A DNA stretch of 64,000 bases, taken from positions 62,001-126,000 of the forward strand of contig NIVC01002990.1 in assembly GCA_002269645.1 (NCBI GenBank), in the 5' to 3' direction. The translations under genes and the position numbers were made by a program. The notes beneath the pieces are model-generated. The model was not told where the DNA came from. It saw nothing but the letters and a program-made list of their open reading frames with translations, and did no database searches. Of the stretch, positions 36,100-48,255 are shown one piece after another (within the stretch, counting starts at the first letter, position 1; every line of letters starts with the position of its first letter). The DNA comes from Macrostomum lignano (Eukaryota).

Positions 36100-39000
36100 A
36101 TGCGCCAATGGGGGCAGCGCCATCCAGCAGCCAAGCCAGCACTAAAGTCCCCGCCAAGGACTTTAGTCGCTCAGCAGGCCACTGCTGAGACCACCTCTGC
36201 TGCACCTGTACAGAACTCTGCACCCAAGCAACCTCAAAGGGATCCGTTTCTAACTGGTGAGATTCAGGGTCATTATTTTGCTTTTCTGCTTGACACCGGC
36301 TCCAAGTGCAAAGTCCTAGGATTCAGCACCTGGCACCGACTATGTACAGATGACCCGACCCTGCGTGGCCAAATCGAGCCCTGCCTGCAACGCATTGTGA
36401 CTTATAATGGTGAACCTATTCAAATGGCAGGCCAACTAACAATCAAAGTTAAAATTGAAGTTTTGAGCCTATAGTCAAGTTTCTGCTAGTGAAGGGATCT
36501 CATGACAACATCCTGGGCTTCGAGTTTCTGGAGAACTACAGCACCTCCCTGGATCTCGCCGCTGGGATGCTATTTTTCAAGGATGGCACTGCCGCACCAC
36601 TGCGCTATACGCAAACTGAAGCTACTACGTGCAGAATCTACACAGCTGAGAGCACAACTGTGCCGCCGTTATCATCAGCCCGAATCAAGATTAAACTAGC
36701 AAAAGGACGAGAAGAAAACCAGGGTACACCTGCTATGATTGAGCTGCTAAAACCAGCTTGGCATGAAGAAGATGTGCAGCAACTGGACGCTGCGCCTGCC
36801 CTAATATCTATGGCCAATGGAGAAGGCGCTATTGAAATTATCAATCGAGGCACTACATCTATCAAAGTGCGAGCAAATGCCCTAGTGGGGATAGCAAGAC
36901 AAATCAGACTGCCTGAGTTACAATTCTTTCTGCTACCAAAGTCAGAAGCTTCAGTTAATCAAGTTCAAGACGAAGATCCTGACGCTTGGATCAAAGAGAT
37001 CGACATCGGCGAGGACTTGTCCAATGACCAGCGCGCTCAAGTCATTGAGCTATTGAAGAAGTACAAGACCATCTTCTTGCAGGGGCCACACAATCTCGGC
37101 CGAACCCACTTGGTCACCCACAACATTGTATTGAAGGACAAGAATCCTGTACATCTGCTGACCCAGCGGATTCTGCTGCATCTGCTGCCCAAGGTGGACC
37201 AGCTACTTGACGATCTGCTTGCCAAAGGCGTGATTAGACTGAGCTTCTCCAGCTACAACACCCTGCTAGTGATCATCCCAAAGAAGGACGGCAGCCTGAG
37301 AATTGTACAAGACTTCAGGAGTCTGAACCAAAAGTGCGAGTACTTTCCGTACCTGATACCGAACATCCAGGAAGCATTCGCTAGCCTCGAAGGAAGCCAG
37401 CTATTCAGCACGTTCAACTTGAACAGCGGCTACTATCAGATTCCACTGCGTCCAGAGGATCAAGATCTGACGGCCTTTGCCAGGCTGCACCGCAGACAAT
37501 TCGCCTACAATATGATGCCTATGGGATTAAGTTTGGTGCCAGCCAGCTTCATGTGCCTCATGAATGCTGTGCTCAATGGGATCGCCTACAAAAGTGCAAT
37601 AGCCTATCTGGATGACATAATTGTCTATTCTAAGAAATTTAACGACCATCTACAGCATATGGAAGAAGTATTTAAGCCAATTCAAGACGCCAACCTAAAG
37701 TTCAAAGGCAGGAAGTGCCATTTATTTTGGGCAAGTCTAAACTATCTGGGACATCTAGTTACTAAGGACGGAATCAAGACCAATCTGGCGAAGATTGAGG
37801 CTATTCACACCTGGCCAAGACGAAGAACAGCTCAACAACTTAAAAGTTTTGTCTGCACGTGCGCTTACTATGCTAAATTCATACCTGGCTATGCAGAACT
37901 TGCAGCTCTGCTCCACAACATAATTAAGGAAAAGAAGATTAGAAATTTCAATTGTCTATGGGGAAAAGCCCAGCAAGATGCGTTTGATCAGCTCAAAGCA
38001 GCCATGACTTTGATATCAGTGCTCGGGTATCTGCAGTTCAGTGAGGATCCTAATGTTATGTTTATCCTGCACACAATGCTTCTGCGACCAGAATCGGAGC
38101 CTGTCTGAGCCAACGCCAAGCTGACGGGATCGAGCGCCCAATTGGCTATTTCTCCCGGCGACTTAAACTAGCTGAAGCCCGATATCCAATTACTAAGCAA
38201 GAAATCTTGGCAGTCGTAGATGGGATGCGGCACTTCCGCTTTTACCTGCTGGCCAAGAAGTTCAATTGCCGAACCGACCATGCAGCATTGACCTGGATTC
38301 TCCAGCGAACTCAGCAAGTAGGCATCTTCGGATGATGGCTACAGTGGCTAAGCGAATTCGAGTTCGAAATCCAGCATTGCGAATTGAGTCAGCACCAAAA
38401 CACCGACGGTCTCTTGAGACGGCCCAATGACAACACCAAATGCTTGGAGAAGGCTCAGCAAGAGGCAGCTGATGAGGACCAAAGTAAGCAGCCAGCCACA
38501 ATAACTGGCGCAGCGGCGCCAAAGGTCCACAACAGCAGCCACCCTAGCCCTCCACCGAACAAGAAGCCGATGACTCGCCGGAAACGTCGAAGACCGCCAA
38601 TGAAGTCGAAGGAGTCCAACGGCGAGGCTACGCCGCCAGTAACACCGACAGCCAACAGCAAGCCGCTGACAGAGCTGCACCCGCCGGCAACGAAGCTGAG
38701 GCCAATGGCCAGCCATTATGATGACTCGCAGAGGTTGCCTACCAGTTTCAGTAGCACAACATGTTGCCCGTCAAGGAGCCGCCGACTACTAGCTGGAGAT
38801 GGCACGGACAGCGACCACAGTGCAGCCAGAGAGGACAGCTGCCAACCCGCTCGCTGCTCGAAGTTCGAGAAAAGAGTGAGATTCAGCAGCAACGCGGACA
38901 GCTCTGTTGACTTATCATCATGTGCTGACAAATCTGAATCCGACAACAGTGATGCTGAAACTACCGACGAGGATCGACCTTCGGGCACATCAGCAGCATG

Positions 39001-40453
39001 GCAACTGGTTCAAGTAGCAATCATGCGGAGGGAGCTCCAGACCCTAAACCATGCCGCCACAGCCGAAGCTGCGCCGACTAATTTGACTAACCGACGCCCA
39101 ACATTGAATCTAACTGATCATATCCTGAGGCCAGTCACACGTGAGGAGCTCCAGACTCACCAGCGTGCTGACTCTGCCATCGCCATGATGATCAATCTTT
39201 TGGAAAGCCGACAGCCAAAGCCACTGCTGAATCAGCGTTTGAATATGACGCGAGACGAACAAAACCTATTAGCATTCTACCAACAGCTTGAAGTCAGAGA
39301 CAACAGACTACTAGTGATACATCTCGACGATGTTGGCGAGGAAAAAACGGCACGGATCATCCTGCCAAAGAGTCTTGATGCCACGGTTTTCGCCGACCTC
39401 CATGGTTCACCCTACTGCAGACACATGGGCCGAGACCTCACTATCGCGAAGGTGCGCAAAAGGTTCTGGTGACCTGTCCTGGCCAAGGCAGTGTCCAACT
39501 ATGTCGCTTCCTGCCAGACCTGCACTTGGAGCAAAGGACAGCGACAAATTCTGGCGCATGTACAATTGTTTCCGGTCTGTGAAATCTATGGGCGATGTGC
39601 AATCGACATCCTGGGCCCCACTGGAGACCCAACAGACCGAGGAAACAAGTATTCATACATATTGACCTACGTCGACACTATGTCGAAATACCCCTTCGCC
39701 TTCACCATGAAGAATCAGCGGACCAAGACCATTATAACGCTCCTGCAGGAACAAGTGTTTCCGATCACCGGAATCCCGGCATGGATTCACTCCAATCAAG
39801 GGAAACAGTTCACAGGGCATGAGTTCCGGCACTTCTGCAAGGTATACGGCATCCGGCAGACCACGACACCGCCTTTTTTGCCATAGGCCAATGGACAAGC
39901 CGAGTCGTGCAATAAGAACATCAAGAAGGTGCTCACCTGTCTCCTAGAAGACCATCAGCAATGGGACAAGATGCTGCCAGCCGCTTTAACAGCTTTAAGA
40001 TCAGCAGTCAATCGTACAACCGGGTTCTTGCCGCATTATGTCGTCTACGGAGTGCCCTACCGGTATCCAATTGATAACACCCTAGACCAACTGGATGTAT
40101 CAGTGGATCTCCCGGAGTACATTGCCAAGCATCAGCGCAGACTAGCCGAGACAGAACGAATTGTGCGACAGCGACTGAGGACTGAGATCCAGCGCCGAGA
40201 GAAGTACTACAAGAACCGGCCAAAGCCCGTGGAGCTGCAGCCCGGAGACTTGGTTTGCCTGGCCAACCCGAAGCTTGAACTGGGAGAGCTGCCCAAGTTC
40301 CACCGGCCATACAAAAGTATGTACAAGGTTGTCAAGAAAGTTGGAGAAGTGGTGTATTGGATCAAGCCAGCAACAGCCCGCCAAGGACGCCCAGCTGAAA
40401 TGCTAGTTCACCATAACAACATCATCAAGGTGCCGCAGATGATGGCAGATTGA
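36100..40453 (+). pseudogene. Gypsy pol (protease, RT, RNase H, integrase), broken by stops and frameshifts
   Basis: LLDTGS protease motif. RT with PKKDG, RIVQDFRSLN, YLDD. RNase H with IERPIGYFSR, TDHAAL. Integrase zinc region LHGSPYCRHMG...CQTC, IDILGP, NGQAESCNK. Confidence 0.92.
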
Positions 40454-41412
40454 CCACAGGAGCCGCCGCGCCAGACAGAGCGGCCAATGCTGCCCTATGA
40501 GTCGAGCAAAGATAGCAAAGTCGACCCAGCCAATCAGCCCGCGCCAGAGCAGCTGGCCACAGCTCAGCCTGACCTACGAGGCAGTCAGCTGTTCGAGCCC
40601 AGCTTGCGCCACCCTGAGGTGCTTGCCGAAGGCGAACCTACCTGCCTGACATTAGCATGGAGATGGAGCTCTAGAAGGTAATTACCAGCAATTTATTATT
40701 GTACCTAATAGCTAAATTACCAATGCGCATTACTATGAGTAGTCAAGTCTGTGAATGCATTCTGAATTAAATTTTGCTGTAAGCTTTCTCTGCACCCATT
40801 CTGTGCTGAAAGCAGATTTCAATTTCTCCATTCACTTTTGGTTTCCTTATGCTTTCGCGACAATTATTTATCTGCATGCGATTCATTAATTTTGCTCAAT
40901 TGTGTGTCATTAACTTGCAAAGTCCTTTTGCCTTTTGCCTTTAACCTTTTGCCTTTTGTGTAACTCCGTATGGAGATCCAAATTCTAACTCAGCAGCCAT
41001 GCCTGTATCTATCTACTATTCTAATTTTTAGGAACTACCTATGTTTCTTACTATTTTCTAAACTACTATTTATGCGATTATTCAGCCCCCCTCTTTCTAA
41101 CCGCCAGCCTGTTGTGAGCCCTGTGAGGTGCCCCATTCATTCATTCTGATTTTGGACCCTTGCCATGCAGTTATCTATTTTATGACTCCTTGATTCATGT
41201 GCCCACCCCAACTCTGTGTGCCACCTTAGAGTGCATGGGGGGTGATGGCTTAATTCCAGCAGTTGAATTTTATTTCCTCTGGTTGGTTTACAATTCCACC
41301 AGTTGAGATATTTTGTGTCCTATTAAGGAGCCACTTTTCTAATTTTTTCATCAATTCCATTTGTTCGGCCCAAATTTGCTCCGCGAGATCACTGCATTGG
41401 CTAATTTCCGCT

Positions 41413-41967
41413 ATGAATTCCGAGAACAACAACACCAACCCGAATGCCTCTGCCAAGCCGCCGACTGCCTGGGCATCCTGGCTTTCATCCTGTGAGTCGG
41501 ACGCCCTACATGCCTACGCCACTGCTGCGAGCAGCACGGCACCAGCCTGCGACCAGTTGCGCTGGGCGTTAAACACGGCCTATCTACTAGCGGCTGAGAA
41601 GGGCCGAGTCCAAGTAGACGCGCCATGGCGGGCCCTGTGCCACCAGATGCCCCTGCCTGCCACCCGCGACCTACTTCATGAAACACTGCAGCGCGCTGAG
41701 GAGAGTCTACGACAGGGAGGACCCTGGCTGGCCCTTGCCTTGCTGCTGGTTATCGCGTATTGGGAGGCCGGCCACTTCTAGCAAGGCTGGCTCCCGCATC
41801 TGCAACAGTTTTGGGACGCTGCTATTGAACGCTGTACCGAGCGCCTGCATTTTGATGGCCAGGGGCTGCAGCTGCTCGGTGCGCCGCCCCAGTCGAGGTC
41901 AAACCAGTCTGACCCTGATGCCCCTGCTCGCCACGGCCGGCTGGCAACATGGGGCCACCGAACTTAA
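41413..41967 (+). CDS. Extra ORF of unknown function between integrase and the 3' LTR (184 aa if the TAG at 41779-41781 is read as a mutated sense codon)
   Basis: MNSENNN...WLALALLLVIAYWEAGHF* continues open for 61 more codons (QGWLPHLQQFWDAAIERC...) to TAA 41965-41967. It is GC-rich and coding-like amid non-coding DNA. Confidence 0.5.
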
Positions 41968-44632
41968 GAAGACGAATGGAGGCGCTTGTCAACTGTTGCC
42001 AGGTCCCCCGGCGCCCCCACGCCTGTGGTAGGCCAGTCTACCACTGGGGCTCCTGCAACGGTTGGCAACACGCGAAGTGCCTCCACCTGGTGGGACAATA
42101 TTTGACGTCATTTCTGCTCTCCCGGATGAACTGTGCGCTTTCCCCTCATTGCCCCCACCTTTGGTCCAATTGTTGCCCCTTCCCTTGGTCCTGCTTTGTT
42201 TTGCTGTGTTCCTCCCAGGGTTTGTCCCCTTTTTCCCACCAGTGTTCCCCTCAGTGTTCCCCTAATTGGATCCATGTAAGAATTTTGTATAAAAATCATT
42301 GTGTTTACTTCTTCTTTTTCTGCCCTCCCTTCAACTACTGTTTTTCCTGCTCTCGCCTCTGTTTAGTTAAGTTGTGAATTTGTAGTTAACCGCCTGTTTG
42401 GCACTGTCTCGTAATCATCCGTCAAATTTAATAGGGTGCGACATTCATTTTATTGCCTAAATCCATTTATTAGTCAACTAACTTGTCAATTGCTTATTAA
42501 CCTCGTGGAAAAAATAATTTTCTATATCATTGACTACAATAGTAATTGCTAATGTTTGCTAATACTAACAAACAATAATACTAAGTTTTATATTAATATT
42601 TATCCAGTTGGTCTTAATCGAAGCCTCTAGTTTATATTGAGTTCTTTGCCCACGGGGCATAAAATAACCAATCAGTCTCAACTCAAAAAAAGCTCTGAGA
42701 CCCTCAACATTCTGTAAAATGACATTTACAATAGTGGCAGCGCTACTTTACTACTGAAAGTAACACAACTAGCAATCTTGATGAATTACGAGTTTACAGT
42801 GTCTGAGGACCCATTCTGAACGACCCGGGCTGCTACAAGACCGCTCGACTATGATTACAACTATCCTCTCCCTGGAATTGAGGACCCCGGCAGACGGAGT
42901 ATCTAAAGAGAAGACTCAACGCAGCAATTTGTGCAATTTTCCATCTTTACGTGTGCCGAGACAATGCCGGCGGAAATTTAGATGTAGAATCTGCCCCACT
43001 TCACTGGTGTCGACCAACAATTCAAACTGCCAATTTAAAAAACCTAAATCTTCTCCACCCCCAACTCAATATTATAATTAAAAAAGCCATTAATATACTA
43101 AAGAACAAAAAAGTGCTAATTTTCTATCTGCAAAAATATTGCCTTATTGAAAGTTTTTGTCTTGCACCAAATTGCGCCAATTTTTTTTGTCTTACACTCT
43201 TAGACTATATTGTACCAGCTTCTCTACCTGCCTACTATTGCACCAAAATGTGCCAGTGAAGCACATCTTCAATGTCTTTTTGCACTAAAATTTTCCATGA
43301 AAAATGCCACTTTCCTGACTGGCATATATTTTTGGTTGAATAGTCAATTTTTTAAGTAGGCTAGACTAACCTTGAAAACAGAAAAGTAAGTGTTGGTCAT
43401 AATAATTTATTTTCTATATTTAAATTTCATAAAATTCTAATTTTGATTTTAATTTGACAGACTAAATTTTAGGAACATCTTTATAAGCTATGGTGTATAT
43501 TCAATCAAATATATTCTAACTTTAATGATAGATTAGCCTAAAATTTAATTTGGTAAATAATTTATTAATATAGAATATAATATAAAAAACATTTATTTTA
43601 TTTGATAGCTATAGGACTAGAAGGAGCTTTTTAAAGATTTTTTGTTTAGAGCCTTAGGCAAAGAATATTTGCCTTCAAATATAAACATTTGAAATTGAAG
43701 CCCTACAGCCTATTTTTGGATATTGGGCTATTTCGATATTGGATATTATTTATACATATTTTTTTCAAGATTTAAACCTGACGTAAGTTTTAAAATAAGA
43801 GAAAGCTTAGATTTTCAATTACCAAAACAAAAAGGGGTAGGGGCCTACTATAAAAACTGGATTGCTAGGCCCTAGCCTAATAATATATTTAGTAATATAT
43901 TTAGAGATTTAGTATATTTAGATTTTTTATTACTGGGATAAAATAATCTAATACATATCTCTGGTTATTCTAAAAGTACAAATAATCTGCCTGGCTGAAT
44001 TGAACATAGTATGGCATTGTAATTTTACTGGAAGCTTCTTCCGTTACTTTTCTTCTGAATCAAATGATCTTCTGTAAATTGAGTCGAGGTCTTTAAGCTA
44101 TATTTAGAATTTTACTTAAAAACAAACTGTCATTGTGATTGTATTAGTATTTACTCCCACAAACAAACTTTTTGACCAATATGCACAATATATCTTGATT
44201 ACGAAGATTATTATTATGATTATTTTAGTAGCTAAAAGTAGAACTTTTCAACTTAGCCAACACGTTTTTACCAATTTAAATGGCAGATGAGTATAACAAA
44301 ACCCTAGAATAAAAATGTACGTTTTCGTTTACCTTGAGTGATAAAGGTTCGTACTTTGTGAATAGCTTTCAAGAAATCTTTTTTTTTAATCGCACTAGCT
44401 AAAATTTCATTGGTCCCCAGTTTCTACAAAACCCAAAAAATGTTTAAGATCCGTCAGTACTCAAATTAGTAGAAGGACGCGAAACTAAGTTTCTTAGAAA
44501 ATTTTCAGAGGCAGTTTTTTAAAAATAATACGTTACGGACTTACTTTGACTTAGCTGCAGGGCTGTCCCGGAGGGGACACAGCGGGAAGGCGCGGGGCCC
44601 ATTCCGCTAGTCCCTGAACGGCCGACGCGTCG

Positions 44633-47629
44633 CTATGGACGGAGGGTTGGCGCCGCCCAGGGAGGTCCCCCAGTGTCGCCAGCAGCTATAGTGCTCTCTG
44701 GAAAGGAGAGTTCAGCCCTGCGGGTGGCCCGAAGGTAGCGCATGAGCTGATTAAAGTTTTCGGGTTTGCACGCTTCAGTAATAGATGTGTGTGGCCCGAG
44801 GTAAGTGAGTCTGGCCCACGTGAAGGCGGGACAGATGCTGACGAAATGCTCAGCGGTTTCGTCACCTGAGTTGCAGAAACTACAGGTGGCGTTGGTGGCG
44901 TTGCCCTGCAGGTACTGGTGCCTGGAGAAGCAGCCGTGACCAGAGAGGGTCATGGTGGCAGCCCGGATGTCTCTGCGCGAGAGGCGCAAGAGGAGCTTCC
45001 GGAGCTGGTGAGAGGGCTGAGGGACAGCGCCTCTGGATTGCCTGCAGTTCGTGCGGTTCGCCCAAGTCGAGCGGTGCTGAGTCCTGATCCACGCTTTGAT
45101 GCGCGAGTCGATGACACAGCCAGGAATCGGGACAAGAGGTTCGGGGCCGAGAGAGGAGCCGGAGGCACCAACTTTTGCAAGGGTGTCAGCCAACTCATTT
45201 CCTCGGATCCCCACATGCCCCGGAACCCACTTAAGGGTAATTTTGTTGGCGGAACCCAACATGTTGAGGAGTTTGATACAGTCGAGGACTGTAGCAGAGT
45301 TGGTGCTGCAGCCACTGATGGCGTGCAAGGCAGCTTGGCTGTCCGAATGGAAAATGATGTTCTTACCAGTAACGCCAGTGGCGAGAAGCTCTGCAGTGCA
45401 GGAGCTGATGGCCAGAACTTCATTTTGGAAAACACTGGAGTTGACCCCAGTGTATTGAGCGTGGGTAGCGATGACCCTCCCGTTCAGAAAGATTCCAACA
45501 CCAAAGCCGGTGTTGGCTGACTGCTTAGAACCGTCGGTGTAGCAATGAAGCTCACCAGGGTTCCATTGGTCATTGATGTTATCGCGCGAGTCGATAGCTA
45601 CGGAGTAGCGCTGTCTCAGGTTGAGCGTTGAGGCAATGCCATCGGTGAAGACGCGATTGGCCTGACACTCGTTGAGAAAGTTGAGGCACAGATCGCTATG
45701 CGGGACAAGGTTCCACTTAGCAGGTGCTCTCATGTAAATGAATTTGACGCCGGCATCAATTAGACGCCGCGTCGTTCTAGCCGCCTCACCCCTGATGAAG
45801 AGGTCAAGAGGCGGAAGATTAAGGAAGGCCCCCATGCCAGCAAAGGGCGTGGACCTGGTGGCGTTGCAGATGAGCCTACACGCTCTGCCTTGGATCGTGT
45901 TGAGCAGGTCTGCATGGCTTTTGACCTGGGTAGCGCTAACCCAGACAACAGAGGCGTACGTAATGGCAGGTCTAACTACGGAAGTATAGATCCACCAAAG
46001 CCGCTTTGGGGATAGACCCCAAGAAGTGCCAAGTGCTCGTCGGAGCTGGGCCAGGATGGCTGAGGCACGCTTGGCTTTTGCTTTCACGTGGGAGGACCAG
46101 TTGAGCCGGTGGTCAAGTATGACCCCGAGACATCTGGTCTGGTGCGCGAAGGCAATATCTCTGCCGTAGAGCTGCAGAGGACGTATGTTCCAGCGTAGTC
46201 TGCTGGTAAACATAGTGGCAACGGTTTTGGGCTCAGAGAGTTCCAGACCATTGTCATTGGCCCAGGATTCTGCTTTGCGGATAAAGCTCTGCATCAGATC
46301 CCTGAGCGTGCTGGGAGACGGTCCTGCCACAATGGCAGTGACGTCATCAGCATACCCGACTTTGAAGACGGGGTCGGGTCGGGAGTCACTCAAAAGAGCG
46401 TCCATGACCAGGTTCCAGAGCGTCGGGGTGAGGACTCCGCCTTGGGGTCCACCCTTACAGACTCTGGTGGAGGCAGTTTGCCCAAGAAGTTGGGCAGTGA
46501 CCGTACGGTTGGAGATCATGTACATGATCCACCGTATGATGGTAGCATGAGCTTTGCGATTTTGAAGGGCCCTCTGAAACGCTTCAAAGATAACGTTGTC
46601 AAAGGCGCCAACAATGTCAAGAAAGAGAGCCAGAGCGTAACCGTCACCCAGTACCGCCCTTTCAATCTTCTCGACAATCGCATGCAGGGCGCTGTCAGTC
46701 GACCTCCCGGTACGGAAGGCGTGCTGATTATTGCTGAGGGGCATCGCTGTCAGCTCGCAGGACAGCAGCCGCCAGAGAATAAGCCTCTCAGTGAGCTTAA
46801 GCATTGCTGACGTTAAGCTAATAGGCCGGAAGGCCTTGACGCTTTGGTAGTCACCCTTCCCAGGTTTGGGAATAAAGACTACCCGAGCTTCAGTCCAGCA
46901 TTTGGCAACGTATCCCAGCTGGATAGAGGCCCGCATAAGATTGCGGATGAGTCTCAGGAACGAGGGTATCTTGGCTGCTTCACGAAGGAGAACAGGGTAG
47001 ATACCATCAGGTCCAGGAGATTTGAAGGGTTTGAAGGTTCTGACCGCACGAGCGATTAGGTCTTCAGTGACAATGCCCGCCGCTAGGGTGGCTCCATCCA
47101 TTGAATGGTTGGGCTCCGGTCTAGCAGTAGGTACCCTCGGGAAGAATGTGCTAAGCATATGCTGAAGCACTTCTTCAGGGTCTTTAGTAAGAGAGCCATC
47201 ATCTTTTTTGATCATGGCTAATTTGGACATTTTGTCCATTGTAAGGGCCTTGACAAGCCTAGAAGTAGGTCTGTCTTGATCCAATTCATTGCAGAATTGG
47301 CGCCACTTACATTCCTTGGCCTTGCGCACTTCAGATTTGAAATTGCGGGAGGCTTGCCGGAAAAGCTCCATGTCCTCCGGGTTTCCGGTCTTCATGGCAC
47401 GGCGATGAAGGCTTTTGGCCTTCCGCCTGAGTTTCCCCAGCTCCGGGTTCCACCACGGCGCCGAGGTCTTGCCTTTGTAGGCGCGAGCAGGACAAGCCGC
47501 TTCGTAGGCTGCGATAATGCAACCTGTCAGCGTCTCAGCCATATGATCCACATCCTCGCAGGTCTCAATCGGACGTAAGTCCGTGAGTTCCTGCAGGTGC
47601 AGATCAAGGGTAGCCTTGTAGCACTCCAC
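44633..47629 (-). CDS. LINE ORF2 remnant: RT + RNase H + CCHC, no AP endonuclease (998 open codons)
   Basis: APWW, KSPGPDGI, FRPISL, GGPQGGVLTP, YADD. RNase H motifs YTDGSK, SDSQAAL, WVPGHVGIRGNELAD. C-terminal CSFC...ETAEHFVSIC. The frame opens at the post-APE linker (…ECYK…). Confidence 0.92.
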   Translation of the reverse strand: MECYKATLDLHLQELTDLRPIETCEDVDHMAETLTGCIIAAYEAACPARAYKGKTSAPWWNPELGKLRRKAKSLHRRAMKTGNPEDMELFRQASRNFKSEVRKAKECKWRQFCNELDQDRPTSRLVKALTMDKMSKLAMIKKDDGSLTKDPEEVLQHMLSTFFPRVPTARPEPNHSMDGATLAAGIVTEDLIARAVRTFKPFKSPGPDGIYPVLLREAAKIPSFLRLIRNLMRASIQLGYVAKCWTEARVVFIPKPGKGDYQSVKAFRPISLTSAMLKLTERLILWRLLSCELTAMPLSNNQHAFRTGRSTDSALHAIVEKIERAVLGDGYALALFLDIVGAFDNVIFEAFQRALQNRKAHATIIRWIMYMISNRTVTAQLLGQTASTRVCKGGPQGGVLTPTLWNLVMDALLSDSRPDPVFKVGYADDVTAIVAGPSPSTLRDLMQSFIRKAESWANDNGLELSEPKTVATMFTSRLRWNIRPLQLYGRDIAFAHQTRCLGVILDHRLNWSSHVKAKAKRASAILAQLRRALGTSWGLSPKRLWWIYTSVVRPAITYASVVWVSATQVKSHADLLNTIQGRACRLICNATRSTPFAGMGAFLNLPPLDLFIRGEAARTTRRLIDAGVKFIYMRAPAKWNLVPHSDLCLNFLNECQANRVFTDGIASTLNLRQRYSVAIDSRDNINDQWNPGELHCYTDGSKQSANTGFGVGIFLNGRVIATHAQYTGVNSSVFQNEVLAISSCTAELLATGVTGKNIIFHSDSQAALHAISGCSTNSATVLDCIKLLNMLGSANKITLKWVPGHVGIRGNELADTLAKVGASGSSLGPEPLVPIPGCVIDSRIKAWIRTQHRSTWANRTNCRQSRGAVPQPSHQLRKLLLRLSRRDIRAATMTLSGHGCFSRHQYLQGNATNATCSFCNSGDETAEHFVSICPAFTWARLTYLGPHTSITEACKPENFNQLMRYLRATRRAELSFPESTIAAGDTGGPPWAAPTLRP

Positions 47630-48255
47630 ACTTTTTGAAGCTGATCAGTGGTCCAGTCCTGGTCGCGACCTTGGATGATCACTCCCGGGATTTTGGCCTT
47701 GGCCTTCGCCGCAAAGGTAGCTCCCGAAGGAACCTCCTTGTTGGCAGTGGCCATTTGTTGCGCCGTGGTTTCGGCCTCAGCAGCCGCAGCAGCATCTCCA
47801 GGGAGCGCCGCCGCTGAACTACTGGAGCTTCCACCGGCCGGCCCGTCTGGTTGCCTTGGGACGCCAGTCGCTTCAGCATCCATGGTGGACGCCGCCGCTT
47901 TGGCCCCCGCAGCTCCCTTCTTGGCCTGCCTTTTGGCGCGTTGTTTAGCGCGTTTGCGCTCAAGCCGAGCCCGCTGAGCTTAATCGGATCTGCCAGATTT
48001 GGCCGGTCCTTTAGGCTCAGAGCTCGCGGTTCCCTTAGATCCACCAGCGGAGCTGGCAGGTCTTTGGGTATTATGAGTTTGGTAGCTCTGGTCGGATCTG
48101 CCAGCAGAGCCAGCCGGTCCTTCCTTTGCCACAGTTGAATCAGTCGGTTGGGATCTGCCAGCAGGGCCGGCCGGTCCTTCGGACTGAGGTTGGGGTTTAG
48201 AAGGGTCCCCGTCCCTAGAATTAGTTTGGTTATCCATAGGCGGCTCGAAGGCCAT
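47630..48255 (-). pseudogene. 5' part of LINE ORF1 (low-complexity, K/R/A-rich), disrupted and truncated
   Basis: MAFEPPMDNQ...GRSD* then, in the same frame, AQRARLERKRAKQRAKRQAKK...FAAKAKAKIPGVIIQG, ending at the deletion junction. Confidence 0.6.

Larger units (their letters stand above)
33649..43068 (+). mobile_element. Full-length but decayed Ty3/Gypsy LTR retrotransposon (9.4 kb)
   Basis: LTRs at 33649-34680 and 42024-43068, both TG...CA. ATAT TSD at 33645-33648 and 43069-43072. PBS TGGTGTCAGccAAGTGGGAT (34682-34701) resembles the tRNA-Leu complement TGGTGTCAGAAGTGGGAT. Domain order gag-PR-RT-RH-IN. Confidence 0.95.
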
